Of a DNA stretch of 64,000 nucleotides, positions 36,678-46,311 are shown in pieces. Below the pieces are notes generated by a model, which was given only the letters and a program-made list of their open reading frames with translations, was not told the DNA's origin and did not search any database. This DNA comes from Vicinamibacteria bacterium. Its GTDB lineage: Bacteria; Acidobacteriota; Vicinamibacteria; Marinacidobacterales; Marinacidobacteraceae. Location: contig OY821641.1 of the NCBI GenBank assembly GCA_963555995.3, positions 288,001 through 352,000 of the forward strand, written 5' to 3'. A program made the translations under genes and the position numbers. Positions within the stretch are counted from its first letter, which is position 1. Every line of letters begins with the position of its first letter.

Positions 36678-37247
36678 ATGACCACGCAACCGGTAATCGA
36701 GACGGAAAGACTGATCCTCCGGCCGTTGACGCTGGAAGACGCGCCGGCGGTCCAGAGGATGTCGAGCTCGGTGGAGATTGCGAAGACGACCCGCCGGATT
36801 CCCCATCCTTATGAGGACGGGATGGCGGAATGCTGGATCAACACCCATTCGCAAGCGTGGTCCAGCCGAGAGGCCGTGAGCTACGGCATCGTGGTCAGGG
36901 AGAGCGGCGCGCTGTGCGGCGCTGTCTCCGTGAGACTGTGCATGGAGGACAATCGCGGCGAACTGGGGTACTGGATCGGCGAGGAGCACTGGAACCGGGG
37001 TTACGCCACGGAGGCTGCGGCACAGGTCCTCGACTTCTGTTTCGGCCACCTGAACCTGAACAGGGTGTCCGCCGAGTACATGAAGCACAATCCGGCCTCG
37101 GCGCGCGTGCTGGAGAAGTGCGGCATGAAGCACGAAGGCATGTTGCGGCAGCACTACCTCAAGTGGGGTCGGTATGTGGATGCCGGCGTGTTCGGGTTGC
37201 TGGCGGAAGAATGGCGGCAATCCAGAGCACGTGATGAGCAGCCTTAA
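36678..37247 (+). CDS. GNAT N-acetyltransferase (RimJ/RimL family)
   Basis: IETERLILRP, ELGYWIG..HWNRGYATEA, NPASARVLEKCG. Confidence 0.9.
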   Translation: MTTQPVIETERLILRPLTLEDAPAVQRMSSSVEIAKTTRRIPHPYEDGMAECWINTHSQAWSSREAVSYGIVVRESGALCGAVSVRLCMEDNRGELGYWIGEEHWNRGYATEAAAQVLDFCFGHLNLNRVSAEYMKHNPASARVLEKCGMKHEGMLRQHYLKWGRYVDAGVFGLLAEEWRQSRARDEQP

Positions 37248-37329
37248 CGGCCTGCGGCAAAACCCACGCGGCCCGGTTCTCGCGGTGGGGGTCCCGGCGC
37301 TCACGCGGGCTTCACCACGGGCTGTTGAA
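37244..37329 (-). mobile_element. Internally deleted, reversed copy of the CTAG-bounded MITE
   Basis: Minus strand CAGCCCGTGGTGAAGCCCGCGTGAGCGCC...GCCGCGTGGGTTTTGCCGCAGGCCG matches both ends of 7296-7482. Confidence 0.75.
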
Positions 37330-37354
37330 CGGGCTGGCTGCCGGACGTGACCGC

Positions 37355-38776
37355 TTGCAGGAAACACCCCTGAGCGAGCGCCCGCGACTGCGGCCCGTCC
37401 TCGCGCCGCTCCAGGTCGGGTCGCTGGCGCTCGGCTGCGTCATCGGCTTCGGCTGCTTCATCCTCGCGGGTGACTTCCTCGAGACCGCCGGACCGCTCGG
37501 CGCGGCGCTGGGCATCGCGCTCGGCGGGCTGGCGATGGTCGTGATCGCCCGGAGCTACGGCCTCATGGTCCGCGCCTTTCCGGTGGCGGGGGCCGAGTTC
37601 GCCTACGCCTACCGGGCCGGCGGCCGGCGCCATGCGGTGGTCTGCGGCTGGTTCCTGGCCCTCGGCTACCTGAGCATCGTGCCCCTCAACGCGACCGCGC
37701 TCGCCGTTCTCGGCAAGTTCCTCGCGCCGGAGCTGTTCGCCCGGGGTCATCTCTACACCGTCGCCGGCTTCGACGTGTTCGCCGGGGAGGTCGCTCTCGC
37801 CGCGTTCGCGGTGGTCCTCGTCGGGTTCCTTCACGCCCGGGGCGTGCAGGGGGTCGGGAGGTCCCAGGCGGCCATGACGAGCCTCCTGGTGGCGGCGGTG
37901 GCGCTGGTGGGCATCGGCGCGTTCACCGGCCCCGGCGCCAGCGTGGCCAACTGGCAGCCCTGGTTCGCGCCGGGCCGGCCGGCGTGGGCCGGCGTGCTGG
38001 CGATGCTCGCGATCTCGCCCTGGCTCTACGTCGGCTTCGACACCCTGCCGCAGGCCGCCGAGGAGTTCGCGTTCCCGCCCGGCAAGGCGTTCCGGCTGAT
38101 GGCGGCGGCGATCCTGGCCGGCGCCGGGATGTACGTGGTGGTGCTGCTGGCCACCGGGGTGGTCCTGCCCTGGCGCGAGGTGGTGGCGGGCGAGTCCGTC
38201 TGGGTGACCGGCGCCACGGTGCGGGCCAGCCTGGGAACGGCGGGAGTCGCCGTCCTGAGCGTTGCCGTCGTCACGGCGATCTTCACCGGGATCAACGGCT
38301 TCTTCATGGCGAGCAGCCGCCTCCTGTTCGGCATGGGGCGGGCGCGGCTGCTCCCGGCCTGGTTCGGGCGAATTGATCCCTCCCGCGGCACGCCGCGGAA
38401 CGCGTTGCTGTTCACCGGGGCGGCCTCGCTGCTCGCGCCCTGGTTCGGCCGCGAGGTCATCGTCTGGGTGGTGGACATGGCGGCGGTCGGCACCGCCTGC
38501 GGCTACCTGTACACCTGCCTCGCGGCGTTCTCGGTGGCGCGTCGCCGGCACGCGCGGGTGGAAGCGGTGCTCGGCGCGCTCCTCTCGGCCGGGTTCCTCG
38601 TCCTCCTCTGCGTCCCCGGGATGCCCGGCTTCATGGCGCCGCCCTCCTGGGTCGCCCTGGCCGCCTGGATCGCGCTCGGCGCGCTCTTCTACCTGCGGCG
38701 CGCCCGTGAGTTCGCGGCGATCCCCGACGCCGAGCTGGACACGCTGATCCTCGGGGCTTCGCGGGACCGCCCGTAG
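37355..38776 (+). CDS. APC family amino acid permease (start uncertain)
   Basis: GCVIGFG, AGAEFAY, YVGFD, SSRLLFGMG, GTPRNA. Confidence 0.88.
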   Translation: MQETPLSERPRLRPVLAPLQVGSLALGCVIGFGCFILAGDFLETAGPLGAALGIALGGLAMVVIARSYGLMVRAFPVAGAEFAYAYRAGGRRHAVVCGWFLALGYLSIVPLNATALAVLGKFLAPELFARGHLYTVAGFDVFAGEVALAAFAVVLVGFLHARGVQGVGRSQAAMTSLLVAAVALVGIGAFTGPGASVANWQPWFAPGRPAWAGVLAMLAISPWLYVGFDTLPQAAEEFAFPPGKAFRLMAAAILAGAGMYVVVLLATGVVLPWREVVAGESVWVTGATVRASLGTAGVAVLSVAVVTAIFTGINGFFMASSRLLFGMGRARLLPAWFGRIDPSRGTPRNALLFTGAASLLAPWFGREVIVWVVDMAAVGTACGYLYTCLAAFSVARRRHARVEAVLGALLSAGFLVLLCVPGMPGFMAPPSWVALAAWIALGALFYLRRAREFAAIPDAELDTLILGASRDRP

Positions 38777-38794
38777 AAGCGCTCATTCGCAGTC

Positions 38795-38829
38795 GTAATT
38801 ATCAAAAAACTCGGTTTTTTGTAAACTAC
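38795..38829. promoter_or_regulatory. AT-rich palindrome (putative operator) overlapping the promoter of an AAA+/DUF4143 gene
   Basis: GTAATTATCAAAAAAC-TCG-GTTTTTTGTAAACTAC; -10-like TAAACT ends 6 nt before the ATG. Confidence 0.6.
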
Positions 38830-38833
38830 ACGT

Positions 38834-39988
38834 ATGTCCATCCCCATTCTGCGCTCTTTCTGGGTCAACCGGATCGAGCGCGCGTGGGATTCCCGCAATA
38901 TCGTCTGGCTCTCGGGAGCGCGGCGCCTCGGGAAGACCGTACTCAGCCGGCAACTGCCGGGCGCCCGTTACTTCAACTGCGATCTGCCCTCGGTGCGGGA
39001 TCGTCTCGCGGATCCCGAGTCCTTCTTCGTCCATCTTCCTTCCGGCTCCCGGATCGTGCTGGACGAAGTGCATCGCGCCAAGTACCCGGCTGGTCTCCTG
39101 AAGATCGCCGCGGACGCCTGGCCGGATATCCGCGTGCTGGCTACCGGCTCCTCCACGCTCTACGCAAGCCGGCGATTCAGTGACTCGTTGGTGGGGAGGA
39201 AATGGCCGGTTCGCTTTGCTCCGGTCCTGTGGCGCGAGTCCCCCGACTGGACCGGCGCGGCGAATCTGGAGCGGCGGCTCCTGAACGGAGGGTTTCCGGA
39301 CCAGATGCTGCTCCCCGCACCCGATCCGCTCTGGTTCGAGGAGTGGATGGACAGCTTCTTCGCGCGGGACATCCTGCCGCTCTTCGACATCCGGAACCGG
39401 GGCGGCTTCCTCCGCGTCGTCGCCTCGGTCTTCGTCCGAAACGGCGAGTTGCTGGACATCTCTGCCGTGGCCCGCGACGCCGGTGTGAGCCGCCCGACCG
39501 CCGTCCAGTACCTGAATATTCTGGACGACTGCCACCTCACGGTGCGGGTGCCGCCCTACCACGGCGGAGGTCGCCGGGAACTGGTGCGCCGCCCTCGGGC
39601 ATATGCGCTGGACACCGGCCTCGTCTGTCATCTGCGGGGGTGGACGAACCTCCGGCCGGCGGACCGTGGTCCGCTCTGGGAGAACCTGGTACTGGACGAG
39701 CTGCTGACCGCCATTCCCCAGAGCCGCGTTCACTACTGGCGCGACGCGGCGGGGCACGAAGTGGATTTCGCCATCGTTGCCGGACGGGACCGGGTGGCTG
39801 CGGTGGAGGCGAAGATCTCGCCGGACGGCTTCAGCCCCAAGGCGCTGGCGAGATTCCGGAAGGCCTATCCCGACGGCCCGAACCTGCTCTGTTGTCCTCA
39901 CGTGGACGCGCCGGTCCCGCGGCGGTTGGGAGGTTTCGAGGTCACGCTGTGCGCCCCGGCGCAGGTGGCGGAGCTGATCCGGGAGTAG
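38834..39988 (+). CDS. AAA+ ATPase with DUF4143 (AAA_14 family; C-terminal PD-(D/E)XK-like domain)
   Basis: GARRLGKT, LDEVH, TGSS, GGFP, DTG, WENLV, YWRD..G.EVDF...VEAK. Confidence 0.9.
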   Translation: MSIPILRSFWVNRIERAWDSRNIVWLSGARRLGKTVLSRQLPGARYFNCDLPSVRDRLADPESFFVHLPSGSRIVLDEVHRAKYPAGLLKIAADAWPDIRVLATGSSTLYASRRFSDSLVGRKWPVRFAPVLWRESPDWTGAANLERRLLNGGFPDQMLLPAPDPLWFEEWMDSFFARDILPLFDIRNRGGFLRVVASVFVRNGELLDISAVARDAGVSRPTAVQYLNILDDCHLTVRVPPYHGGGRRELVRRPRAYALDTGLVCHLRGWTNLRPADRGPLWENLVLDELLTAIPQSRVHYWRDAAGHEVDFAIVAGRDRVAAVEAKISPDGFSPKALARFRKAYPDGPNLLCCPHVDAPVPRRLGGFEVTLCAPAQVAELIRE

Positions 39989-40007
39989 TCGTCCCCGGTT
40001 CGGGGGG

Positions 40008-41327
40008 TCAGTTGGCCGTGTCGATGGCCTGGTAGACGAGCGCGCGGAACCTGGCGTGGTCGTCCAGGCCTCCGGCCGGAATCAGCTGCGCGAGGTAGAC
40101 GACGACCAGTTCCTCCTCCGGGTCCACCCAGAAGCTCGAGTGGTAGGCCCCGCCCCAGCCGTACTCGCCGGTCGAACCCGGCGCCCCGCGAGCGCCGAGG
40201 TCGTCCACCACCCGGAACCCGAGCCCGAATCCCACGCCTCGCTCCCGGCCGAACAGCGCGCCGGTATCCGTCACGTTCCGGACGAGCAGTCCGCCGAGGT
40301 GGTCCACCGTCATGAGCTCGACGCTCTTCGGCGAGAGGATGCGCGCACCGTCGAGTTCGCCGCCGTTCAGCATCGCCTGGAGGAAGCGCCCGTAGTCGGA
40401 GGCGGTCGAGAGGAGTCCCGCGCCCCCCGAGAAGCTCGTGCGCGGCCCGTCAAGGTAGGCCCCCTGGCCGACCATGCCGCCCGGATCGGGAGCCCGGGTC
40501 AGGCCGCCCTCGCCGGCCGAGTACACGACCGTGAGGCGGTCCCCCTTTTCGGGCGGCAGGTAGAAGTGGGTGTCCGCCATGCCGAGCGGGTCGAAGATCC
40601 GGGTCCGGAGAAACTCGTCGAGCGGAACCCCTGAGGCGACCTCCACGACGGCCCCCAGGATGTCGGTCGCGTAGCCGTAGACCCAGCGTTCGCCGGGCTG
40701 GGCATCGAAGGGCAGCGCCGCCATGCGCCGCACCGTTTCGCGGATCGGCTCCTCCCGGTGGGCGAAGTACCAGCCGGTGATCTCCGCTGCCGCCCACGCC
40801 TCGGCGGCTACCCCCCCGCCGTAGCCGATGCCGGCGGTATGGGTGAGCAGGTGCCGGATGGTGACCGGTTGCCGCGCGGGCGCCACGCCGTAGGTCCCGT
40901 CGGGATTGGCGGTCGCAACCGTGGTCTCGAGGTATTCCGGGAGATGGCGGCCGACCGGGTCCGAGATCAGCAGCCGGCCGTCCTCCTGCAGGATCATGAT
41001 GGCCACGCTCACGATCGCCTTGGTCTGGGAAGCGATCCGGAAGATGTCGCCGGTCTCGAGCGGATCGTCCGCCTCCCGGTCCCGGTAGCCGAAGGCCTTC
41101 AGGTACGCGGTCTCCCCCCGATGGGCCACCAGCGCGACGGCCCCGGGCAGGGCGCCGGACTCGACGTACTCCTCGAGCGCGGCGTCGAGCCGGGCCAGCC
41201 GTTCGGGATCGAGTCCGGACGAAGGGCTTTCGGGCGGGGCGACGGCGCAGGAGCCGGCGAGGACGGCGGCAAGGGCGATCCCGGCCGAAGCGAGCCGGTT
41301 GGCGGGGTGGTCTCCGTTGACTCTCAT
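40008..41327 (-). CDS. Serine hydrolase, beta-lactamase/EstB family, probable lipoprotein
   Basis: [24 protein letters not shown]; LAGSC lipobox; GGAGG SD. Confidence 0.9.
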   Translation of the reverse strand: MRVNGDHPANRLASAGIALAAVLAGSCAVAPPESPSSGLDPERLARLDAALEEYVESGALPGAVALVAHRGETAYLKAFGYRDREADDPLETGDIFRIASQTKAIVSVAIMILQEDGRLLISDPVGRHLPEYLETTVATANPDGTYGVAPARQPVTIRHLLTHTAGIGYGGGVAAEAWAAAEITGWYFAHREEPIRETVRRMAALPFDAQPGERWVYGYATDILGAVVEVASGVPLDEFLRTRIFDPLGMADTHFYLPPEKGDRLTVVYSAGEGGLTRAPDPGGMVGQGAYLDGPRTSFSGGAGLLSTASDYGRFLQAMLNGGELDGARILSPKSVELMTVDHLGGLLVRNVTDTGALFGRERGVGFGLGFRVVDDLGARGAPGSTGEYGWGGAYHSSFWVDPEEELVVVYLAQLIPAGGLDDHARFRALVYQAIDTAN

Positions 41328-41420
41328 GGCCTCCTCCTGACGGAGCGGATCATCGCACCGTCGGTGCGTGCCCGTTCCGGATGCACCTGACAATGCTCGG
41401 CCACAGGCCCAGGCCGCGGT

Positions 41421-41720
41421 CTACGGCGATCTCTCGACCAGTTCGATCCGGAGATCCTTGCCGAGCGCCGCGGCCGCCCGACTCATGGAGAGGAGCGTCA
41501 CCGACCTGTTGTCGGGATTGAGGAGCCGGTCGAGGGCTGCGCGGCTGGTCCGCATCCGGGACGCGAGTTCCGAATTCGTAATCCCCTGTTGCTCGATGGC
41601 CTGGCGCATCTGAAGCGCCAGGACACGCTTGACGGCGGCGGCTCGTACTTCCGCGAGCGCGCCGTCCTCTTCGAGGAGTTCGTCGATGGACGAGCCGATG
41701 TGCGGGTGCTGCCTAGTCAT
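41421..41720 (-). CDS. XRE-family HTH antitoxin (HigA-like)
   Basis: HIGSS.DE.LEE.G, LA.RM.TSRAALDRLL.P.N.SVTL. Confidence 0.85.
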   Translation of the reverse strand: MTRQHPHIGSSIDELLEEDGALAEVRAAAVKRVLALQMRQAIEQQGITNSELASRMRTSRAALDRLLNPDNRSVTLLSMSRAAAALGKDLRIELVERSP

Positions 41721-42099
41721 TGTCTGGAATCTCTATGGAAGGTGTGAGGTGAGATTTTCGGGTACGGGCGAGACTGAGGTCGCGGGGGGGCGTCCGATTC
41801 GTCTTCTTGATGAAGCCGTGCCGGAGGATCATCTCGTTTTCGTGAATGCAGAACAGGACTCGGGCAATTCGGTCCCGCAGACTGCTTCTCGTCTCGAACA
41901 GGCCGTCGCCGAGCGGTCGGCAGACAGGCAATCCAACCGGCCACCCGTATTCCACGGTCTTGAGGTCCGTGCCGATCGTGATTCGATCCTCCTTGGCCAG
42001 CCCCCGAAGCCAGTCTCGAACCGGTTCGACGCCGTTGGCGGACCGGTAGAACCGAGCGGGAATTCGCTTCGGGAGGGACAATTCGCCGGAGTGTATCAA
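41713..42099 (-). CDS. RelE/HigB-like (Gp49/DUF891) type II toxin
   Basis: FYRSANG.EPVRDWL, GWPVG.P..RPL, LFE.RS, HGFIKKT. Confidence 0.85.
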   Translation of the reverse strand: MIHSGELSLPKRIPARFYRSANGVEPVRDWLRGLAKEDRITIGTDLKTVEYGWPVGLPVCRPLGDGLFETRSSLRDRIARVLFCIHENEMILRHGFIKKTNRTPPRDLSLARTRKSHLTPSIEIPDND

Positions 42100-42161
42100 T
42101 AATGATACGACGGGGGGATGGCCGATCGCGCGGAAGGGCTGCGGTATCGTCCGACGCCGTC

Positions 42162-42893
42162 ATGTCCGGCTGGTCGCGAAGGCGGTTCCTGGAGGGCGGA
42201 TCGGCGGCGGCAGCGATCTCCGCCGTGTGGGGATGCGCGCTGGAGGAGCGGACCGAGACCTCGCCGGGCGTGATGCAGCCTTCAACCAGCCCGGCGCCGC
42301 CCTCCGGCCCGCGGCGCGCGCTTGCGGAGCCGGGCCCGATGATCCCGCCCTGTCCGGCGATCCTGCTCACCGTGAACGGCCGGCCCGGCGACCCGGACGA
42401 GATCTCGGTGCTCTGGACGTTCGTCGTGAACGGCGACCCGCCCCAGATCGGGGTGAGCGCGGGCTTCGAGCACCAGGCGCGGGAACTCCTCGACCTCCAC
42501 GACGAGTTCGTGCTGAACGTTCCGGTGGCCTCGATGATCGAGGCGTTCGACACGGTGGACATGAACTCCAGCCGGGTCGCCGACAAGTTCGAGCTCGCGG
42601 GCCTGATCCGGGGCGCGGCGTCTGCGGTCGCGGCCCCCACTGTGGCGGAGTCCCCGATCCACTGCGAGTGCCGGACCATCGCCTCCCTTGAGGTGGCGCC
42701 GGTGCGGAAGCTCTTCATCGCGGAGGTGGTCGCGACGACCGCGATGGAGGGCGCCGTGGACGACGGCGGCCGGCTGATCGTACCCGCCGTGGACTTCTTC
42801 GGGATGACCGCCGGGAGCGGCGAGCACTACACGATGGGCCGCCGGGTGGGGAACATCGGAATGACGGTCGGCCGGTCCGACATCAAGTACTGA
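42162..42893 (+). CDS. Flavin reductase-like protein with Tat (lipo)protein signal
   Basis: SRRRFL...VWGC; EFVLNV, DKFELAGL, ESPIHCEC, LFIAEVV. Confidence 0.8.
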   Translation: MSGWSRRRFLEGGSAAAAISAVWGCALEERTETSPGVMQPSTSPAPPSGPRRALAEPGPMIPPCPAILLTVNGRPGDPDEISVLWTFVVNGDPPQIGVSAGFEHQARELLDLHDEFVLNVPVASMIEAFDTVDMNSSRVADKFELAGLIRGAASAVAAPTVAESPIHCECRTIASLEVAPVRKLFIAEVVATTAMEGAVDDGGRLIVPAVDFFGMTAGSGEHYTMGRRVGNIGMTVGRSDIKY

Positions 42894-43029
42894 CGGCCCC
42901 GCGGGTCAAACCCGCCAGGGAGGAGAAATCCGTGGCTGAAGCGCTCAGGGACGTTCAAAAGGCCAGCGGGATCAACTTTGGGGCCCAGCCCCTGAACAGT
43001 CTGGGCGAAGGGGCAACCAGCGTGGGCTA

Positions 43030-43260
43030 CGCCGCCTGCTGGGAGCGCCGGTCTTCAGACCGGCACGCGCCGCGCGACAGCGCAGCGCACGGCACGACAC
43101 GGGCCGGCGCAGTGGCGCTCTGCTCCCGGTTCATCACCGCAGACAGCGACACGACATCTGCGGGCCTCCGGCCCGCGGTGCTGCTCTGAAGAGCGGCGCT
43201 CTCAGCCGTCTTCGCTGTTTCATGCCCGGCGGGGTGGGCAGGAGGACCGATCATGAGGGT
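43030..43260. mobile_element. REPIN-like element (family C) with tail module
   Basis: Colinear with 59186-59420: GCTGGGAGCGCCGGTCTTCAGACCGGCAC ... degenerate inverted copy ... TTCATGCCCGGCGGGGTG.GCAGGAGGACCGATC. Confidence 0.85.
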
Positions 43261-43401
43261 ATCGCGCGGACTGGAAGCGCAATGTGACTGCCCTCCTTCC
43301 CCGGGTGCGGAGCAACCGTTCGACGAAGTATGGGACGAGGTCGTGTCCTACATGGGCCGGATCGCCAGCGCCGTGCGCGGCACGCCAGCCCCGGAGTTCC
43401 T

Positions 43402-44676
43402 TCAGTACCCCAGCAGGTTCGGCAGGAAGAGCACTACGTCCGGGAGGAAGGCGATGACCAGGGTGAGCGCCAGCATGAGGGCCAGGTAGGGCCAGAGCGG
43501 GCGGGCGACCTTGGCGGGTTCGACCCCTCCCACCGAGCAGGCCACCAGCAGGCTCACCCCCACCGGCGGGAGGAAGACGGAGATCCCCTGGGTCGCCACG
43601 ATGACGGCGCCGAAGTGCACGGGGTCAATCCCGAGCTGGCGTGCGATGGGGAGCAGGATCGGCGTGAGCATGACGACTGCGGGCACGCCCTCGAGGATGG
43701 CGCCGAGCGGCAGGAACACCAGGATCGTGAGGATCAGGAAGCCGGCCGCGCCGCCGCCGAGTCCCACCACCGAGGAGGCGAGCGCCTGGGGCACTTCCTC
43801 GACGGCGAGGACCCAGCCCAGCAGGCGGGCGGCGCCCACCACGAAGAGCACCATCCCCGAGACGACGGCGGTCTGGACGACCTTGCTCCAGAGTGCCCGT
43901 GCGGTCAGCGACCGGTAGATCGGACCGGCCAGGAGCAACGCGTAGGCGACGGCGACCGCGGCCGCCTCGGTGGGGGTGAAGAGGCCGAAGCGGATGCCGC
44001 CCAGGATGACCACGATCATGAAGAGCGGCAGCACGGCGTCGAATCCCGCGCGCCGGACCTCCGGGAACGACGCGCGCTCGCCGGCCGGCCATCCCTGCCG
44101 CCGCGCCTGCCACCCGATCTGCGCCATCAGGCCCGCGGCGATGAGGAGCGCGGGCGCGATCGAGGCGACGAACAGGGCGCCGATGGAGACGCCCCCGATG
44201 ACGCCGTAGATCACCATCACGATGGCCGGCGGAATGAGGATCCCCATCCCGCAGGCGGCGGACACGATCGCCGTGGAGCGTTCCCGGTTGTATCCGTTCG
44301 CGGTGAGCTGGGGCACCATGATGCCCCCGATGGCGGCCGCGTCCGCGGACGTGGAGCCCGAGACTCCCGAGAAGAACATCTCGGCCAGGATGACCACCTG
44401 CCCGAGCCCCCCGGGGAGGTGTCCGACGAGCGACCGCGCGAGCGTCACCAGCCGGCGGCTGATCCCGCCGACGTCCATCAGGAAGCCCGCCAGGATGAAG
44501 AGCGGTACCGCGAGCATCGGGAAGGAGTCCATCCCCGCGACGATCTGCTGCGGGACGAGGACGAGCGGGAGGTCCGCCGCCACGATGGCGATGACGGCGG
44601 CGGTGGCGAGCGCGAAGCCGATGGGCACGGCGGCCAGCACCAGCGCGCCGAAGGCGCCCAGGAGGAGGCCGCCCAT
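43402..44676 (-). CDS. dctM: TRAP transporter large permease
   Basis: AVPLFILAG, SGVSGS..ADAAA, LIPP, FTPTEA, IDPVHFG. Confidence 0.92.
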   Translation of the reverse strand: MGGLLLGAFGALVLAAVPIGFALATAAVIAIVAADLPLVLVPQQIVAGMDSFPMLAVPLFILAGFLMDVGGISRRLVTLARSLVGHLPGGLGQVVILAEMFFSGVSGSTSADAAAIGGIMVPQLTANGYNRERSTAIVSAACGMGILIPPAIVMVIYGVIGGVSIGALFVASIAPALLIAAGLMAQIGWQARRQGWPAGERASFPEVRRAGFDAVLPLFMIVVILGGIRFGLFTPTEAAAVAVAYALLLAGPIYRSLTARALWSKVVQTAVVSGMVLFVVGAARLLGWVLAVEEVPQALASSVVGLGGGAAGFLILTILVFLPLGAILEGVPAVVMLTPILLPIARQLGIDPVHFGAVIVATQGISVFLPPVGVSLLVACSVGGVEPAKVARPLWPYLALMLALTLVIAFLPDVVLFLPNLLGY

Positions 44677-45143
44677 CAGCCGCTCTCCTCGCCGCGGCCC
44701 GCTCCCCCGGCCAGCAGGTGGATCGCCATCAGCGCCCCGGAAACCGGCGCCGCGGCATAGACGAGCGCGATCGGCAGGTCCAGCGCCGCGGAGCGCTCGT
44801 CCAGGGTGAGGTCCATGAGGGCGATCCCGGTGCCGATGAGCAGGAGCGCGAACGCCAGCACGACCGCCCAGGCGATCCGCTCCACGGCGCGCCGCGCCCG
44901 CGGGGCCAGCTTCTTCGTGACCTGGTCGAAGCCGAAGTGGGCCCGGTGCTCCACCGCCAGCGAGGCCCCGAGCAGGGACACCCAGATGAAGGCGAAGCGC
45001 GAGAGCTCCTCGCTCCAGGGGTTCGGGGTGGCGAAGAGGTAGCGCATCAGGACCTGGAGGAGGACCACGGCGCAGACGGTGATGACCAAGGTGCCCGCGG
45101 CGCAGGTCTCGAGCGTCACGAGGATCCGGTTGAGTCGCTTCAT
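44676..45143 (-). CDS. dctQ: TRAP transporter small permease
   Basis: QVLMRY, WSEELSR, four TM helices. Confidence 0.9.
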   Translation of the reverse strand: MKRLNRILVTLETCAAGTLVITVCAVVLLQVLMRYLFATPNPWSEELSRFAFIWVSLLGASLAVEHRAHFGFDQVTKKLAPRARRAVERIAWAVVLAFALLLIGTGIALMDLTLDERSAALDLPIALVYAAAPVSGALMAIHLLAGGAGRGEESG

Positions 45144-46261
45144 TCGTTGCGCCGTCCCCGGTTGGGTGGGCGCGAAGCGGGTGTTTGCGTCTGCGAGTCT
45201 CGCGTCGCTTCGCTCCGCGATGCCGGTCTGAAGACCGGCGCTCCCGTGTGTTCCGCCTCCGCCACCAGCCGGGTGATCAACGCCTCGCCGTCCGGCAGGC
45301 GGGCGGCCAACTCATCCCGGATGCGCGGCTTGACGGCCGGGGCGAACGGCGCCAGGTCCGGGCGCGAGATCTCCACGTCGTTCGCACGCATTTCGGAGAT
45401 CGCCTCCGCCTCCATCCGGCGGGCGACCTCGCTCTGATAGGCGAGCGCGTCCGCCGCCGAGCGGTCCACGGTCTCCCGGACGTCCGGCGGCAGCGAGCGG
45501 TAGAACGGCTCGTGCACCAGCAGCGTGATCGGGTTGTAGGTGATGGAGGTGAAGCTGTAGAACTTCGCCACCTCGTAGAGCCGGCTGCTCACGAACCCGA
45601 CGGCGTTCGCCTCCCCGCCGTCAATCACGCCCTGCTGGAGCGCCGAATAGACCTCGCCGTAGTTCATCGGCGTCGCCTGGACCCCCAGCGCCGAATAGGC
45701 CGCGAGATACGTCGCGTTCTGGAGGACTCGCAGCTTGAGGCCGGCCAGGTCCCCGGGCGCCTCGACCGATCTCCGCCGGTTGTACACGTGGCGGAACCCG
45801 TAGTCGAGGAACCCGAGCGAGCGGACGCCGGTGCGCTCGAGGAGGAGATCCCGCCACCAGTCCCCGACGGAGCCCTGCATCACCCGGAGCCCGTGGTCCC
45901 GCGTCTCGAAGAGGAACGGGAGGTCGAACACCTGGGTCTCCGGCACCCAGCCGGAGAGCACCGGGGTACCCGTGATCGCCACCTGCACCGCGCCGGCCTG
46001 GATCTGCTCGAAGGCGACCCGCTCGCCGCCGAGCTGTCCCGACGGATAGATGACGACCCGGAAGCGCCCGCCGGTCCGCTCGTCCATGAGGTCCCGGAAG
46101 CGCTCCGCCATGAGGTGGAACTCCGAGCTGGTCGAGAGCACGTGGGAGAAGCGGACGGTCCAGGTGGGCGGATCGGGTCCGGGCCCGCCGCACGACAGCG
46201 CGAGGAGCGCGGATAGCGCCGGACCAGAACCGACACGAGCGAGCGCACCTCGCGCGATCAC
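45140..46261 (-). CDS. dctP: TRAP substrate-binding protein (lipoprotein) with REP-derived C-terminal tail
   Basis: LALSC lipobox, YPSGQLG, LPFLF, GLKLRV, EVYSALQQGVIDG.E. Confidence 0.9.
   Translation of the reverse strand: MIARGALARVGSGPALSALLALSCGGPGPDPPTWTVRFSHVLSTSSEFHLMAERFRDLMDERTGGRFRVVIYPSGQLGGERVAFEQIQAGAVQVAITGTPVLSGWVPETQVFDLPFLFETRDHGLRVMQGSVGDWWRDLLLERTGVRSLGFLDYGFRHVYNRRRSVEAPGDLAGLKLRVLQNATYLAAYSALGVQATPMNYGEVYSALQQGVIDGGEANAVGFVSSRLYEVAKFYSFTSITYNPITLLVHEPFYRSLPPDVRETVDRSAADALAYQSEVARRMEAEAISEMRANDVEISRPDLAPFAPAVKPRIRDELAARLPDGEALITRLVAEAEHTGAPVFRPASRSEATRDSQTQTPASRPPNRGRRNE
45220..45246 (-). repeat. REP core inside the dctP coding sequence
   Basis: ATGCCGGTCTGAAGACCGGCGCTCCC; read as GAPVFRPA. 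Confidence 0.85.
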
Positions 46262-46311
46262 GAGTCGTCGGTTCCTGTTTCGATGTCAACCCCAGGCGCG
46301 TCGAGCACCAT
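46258..46311 (-). pseudogene. Putative VapC/PIN toxin stub (17 aa, MVLDA...)
   Basis: TGATG overlap with the antitoxin stop; MVLDA resembles a PIN N-terminus; its stop overlaps the dctP GTG. Confidence 0.5.
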
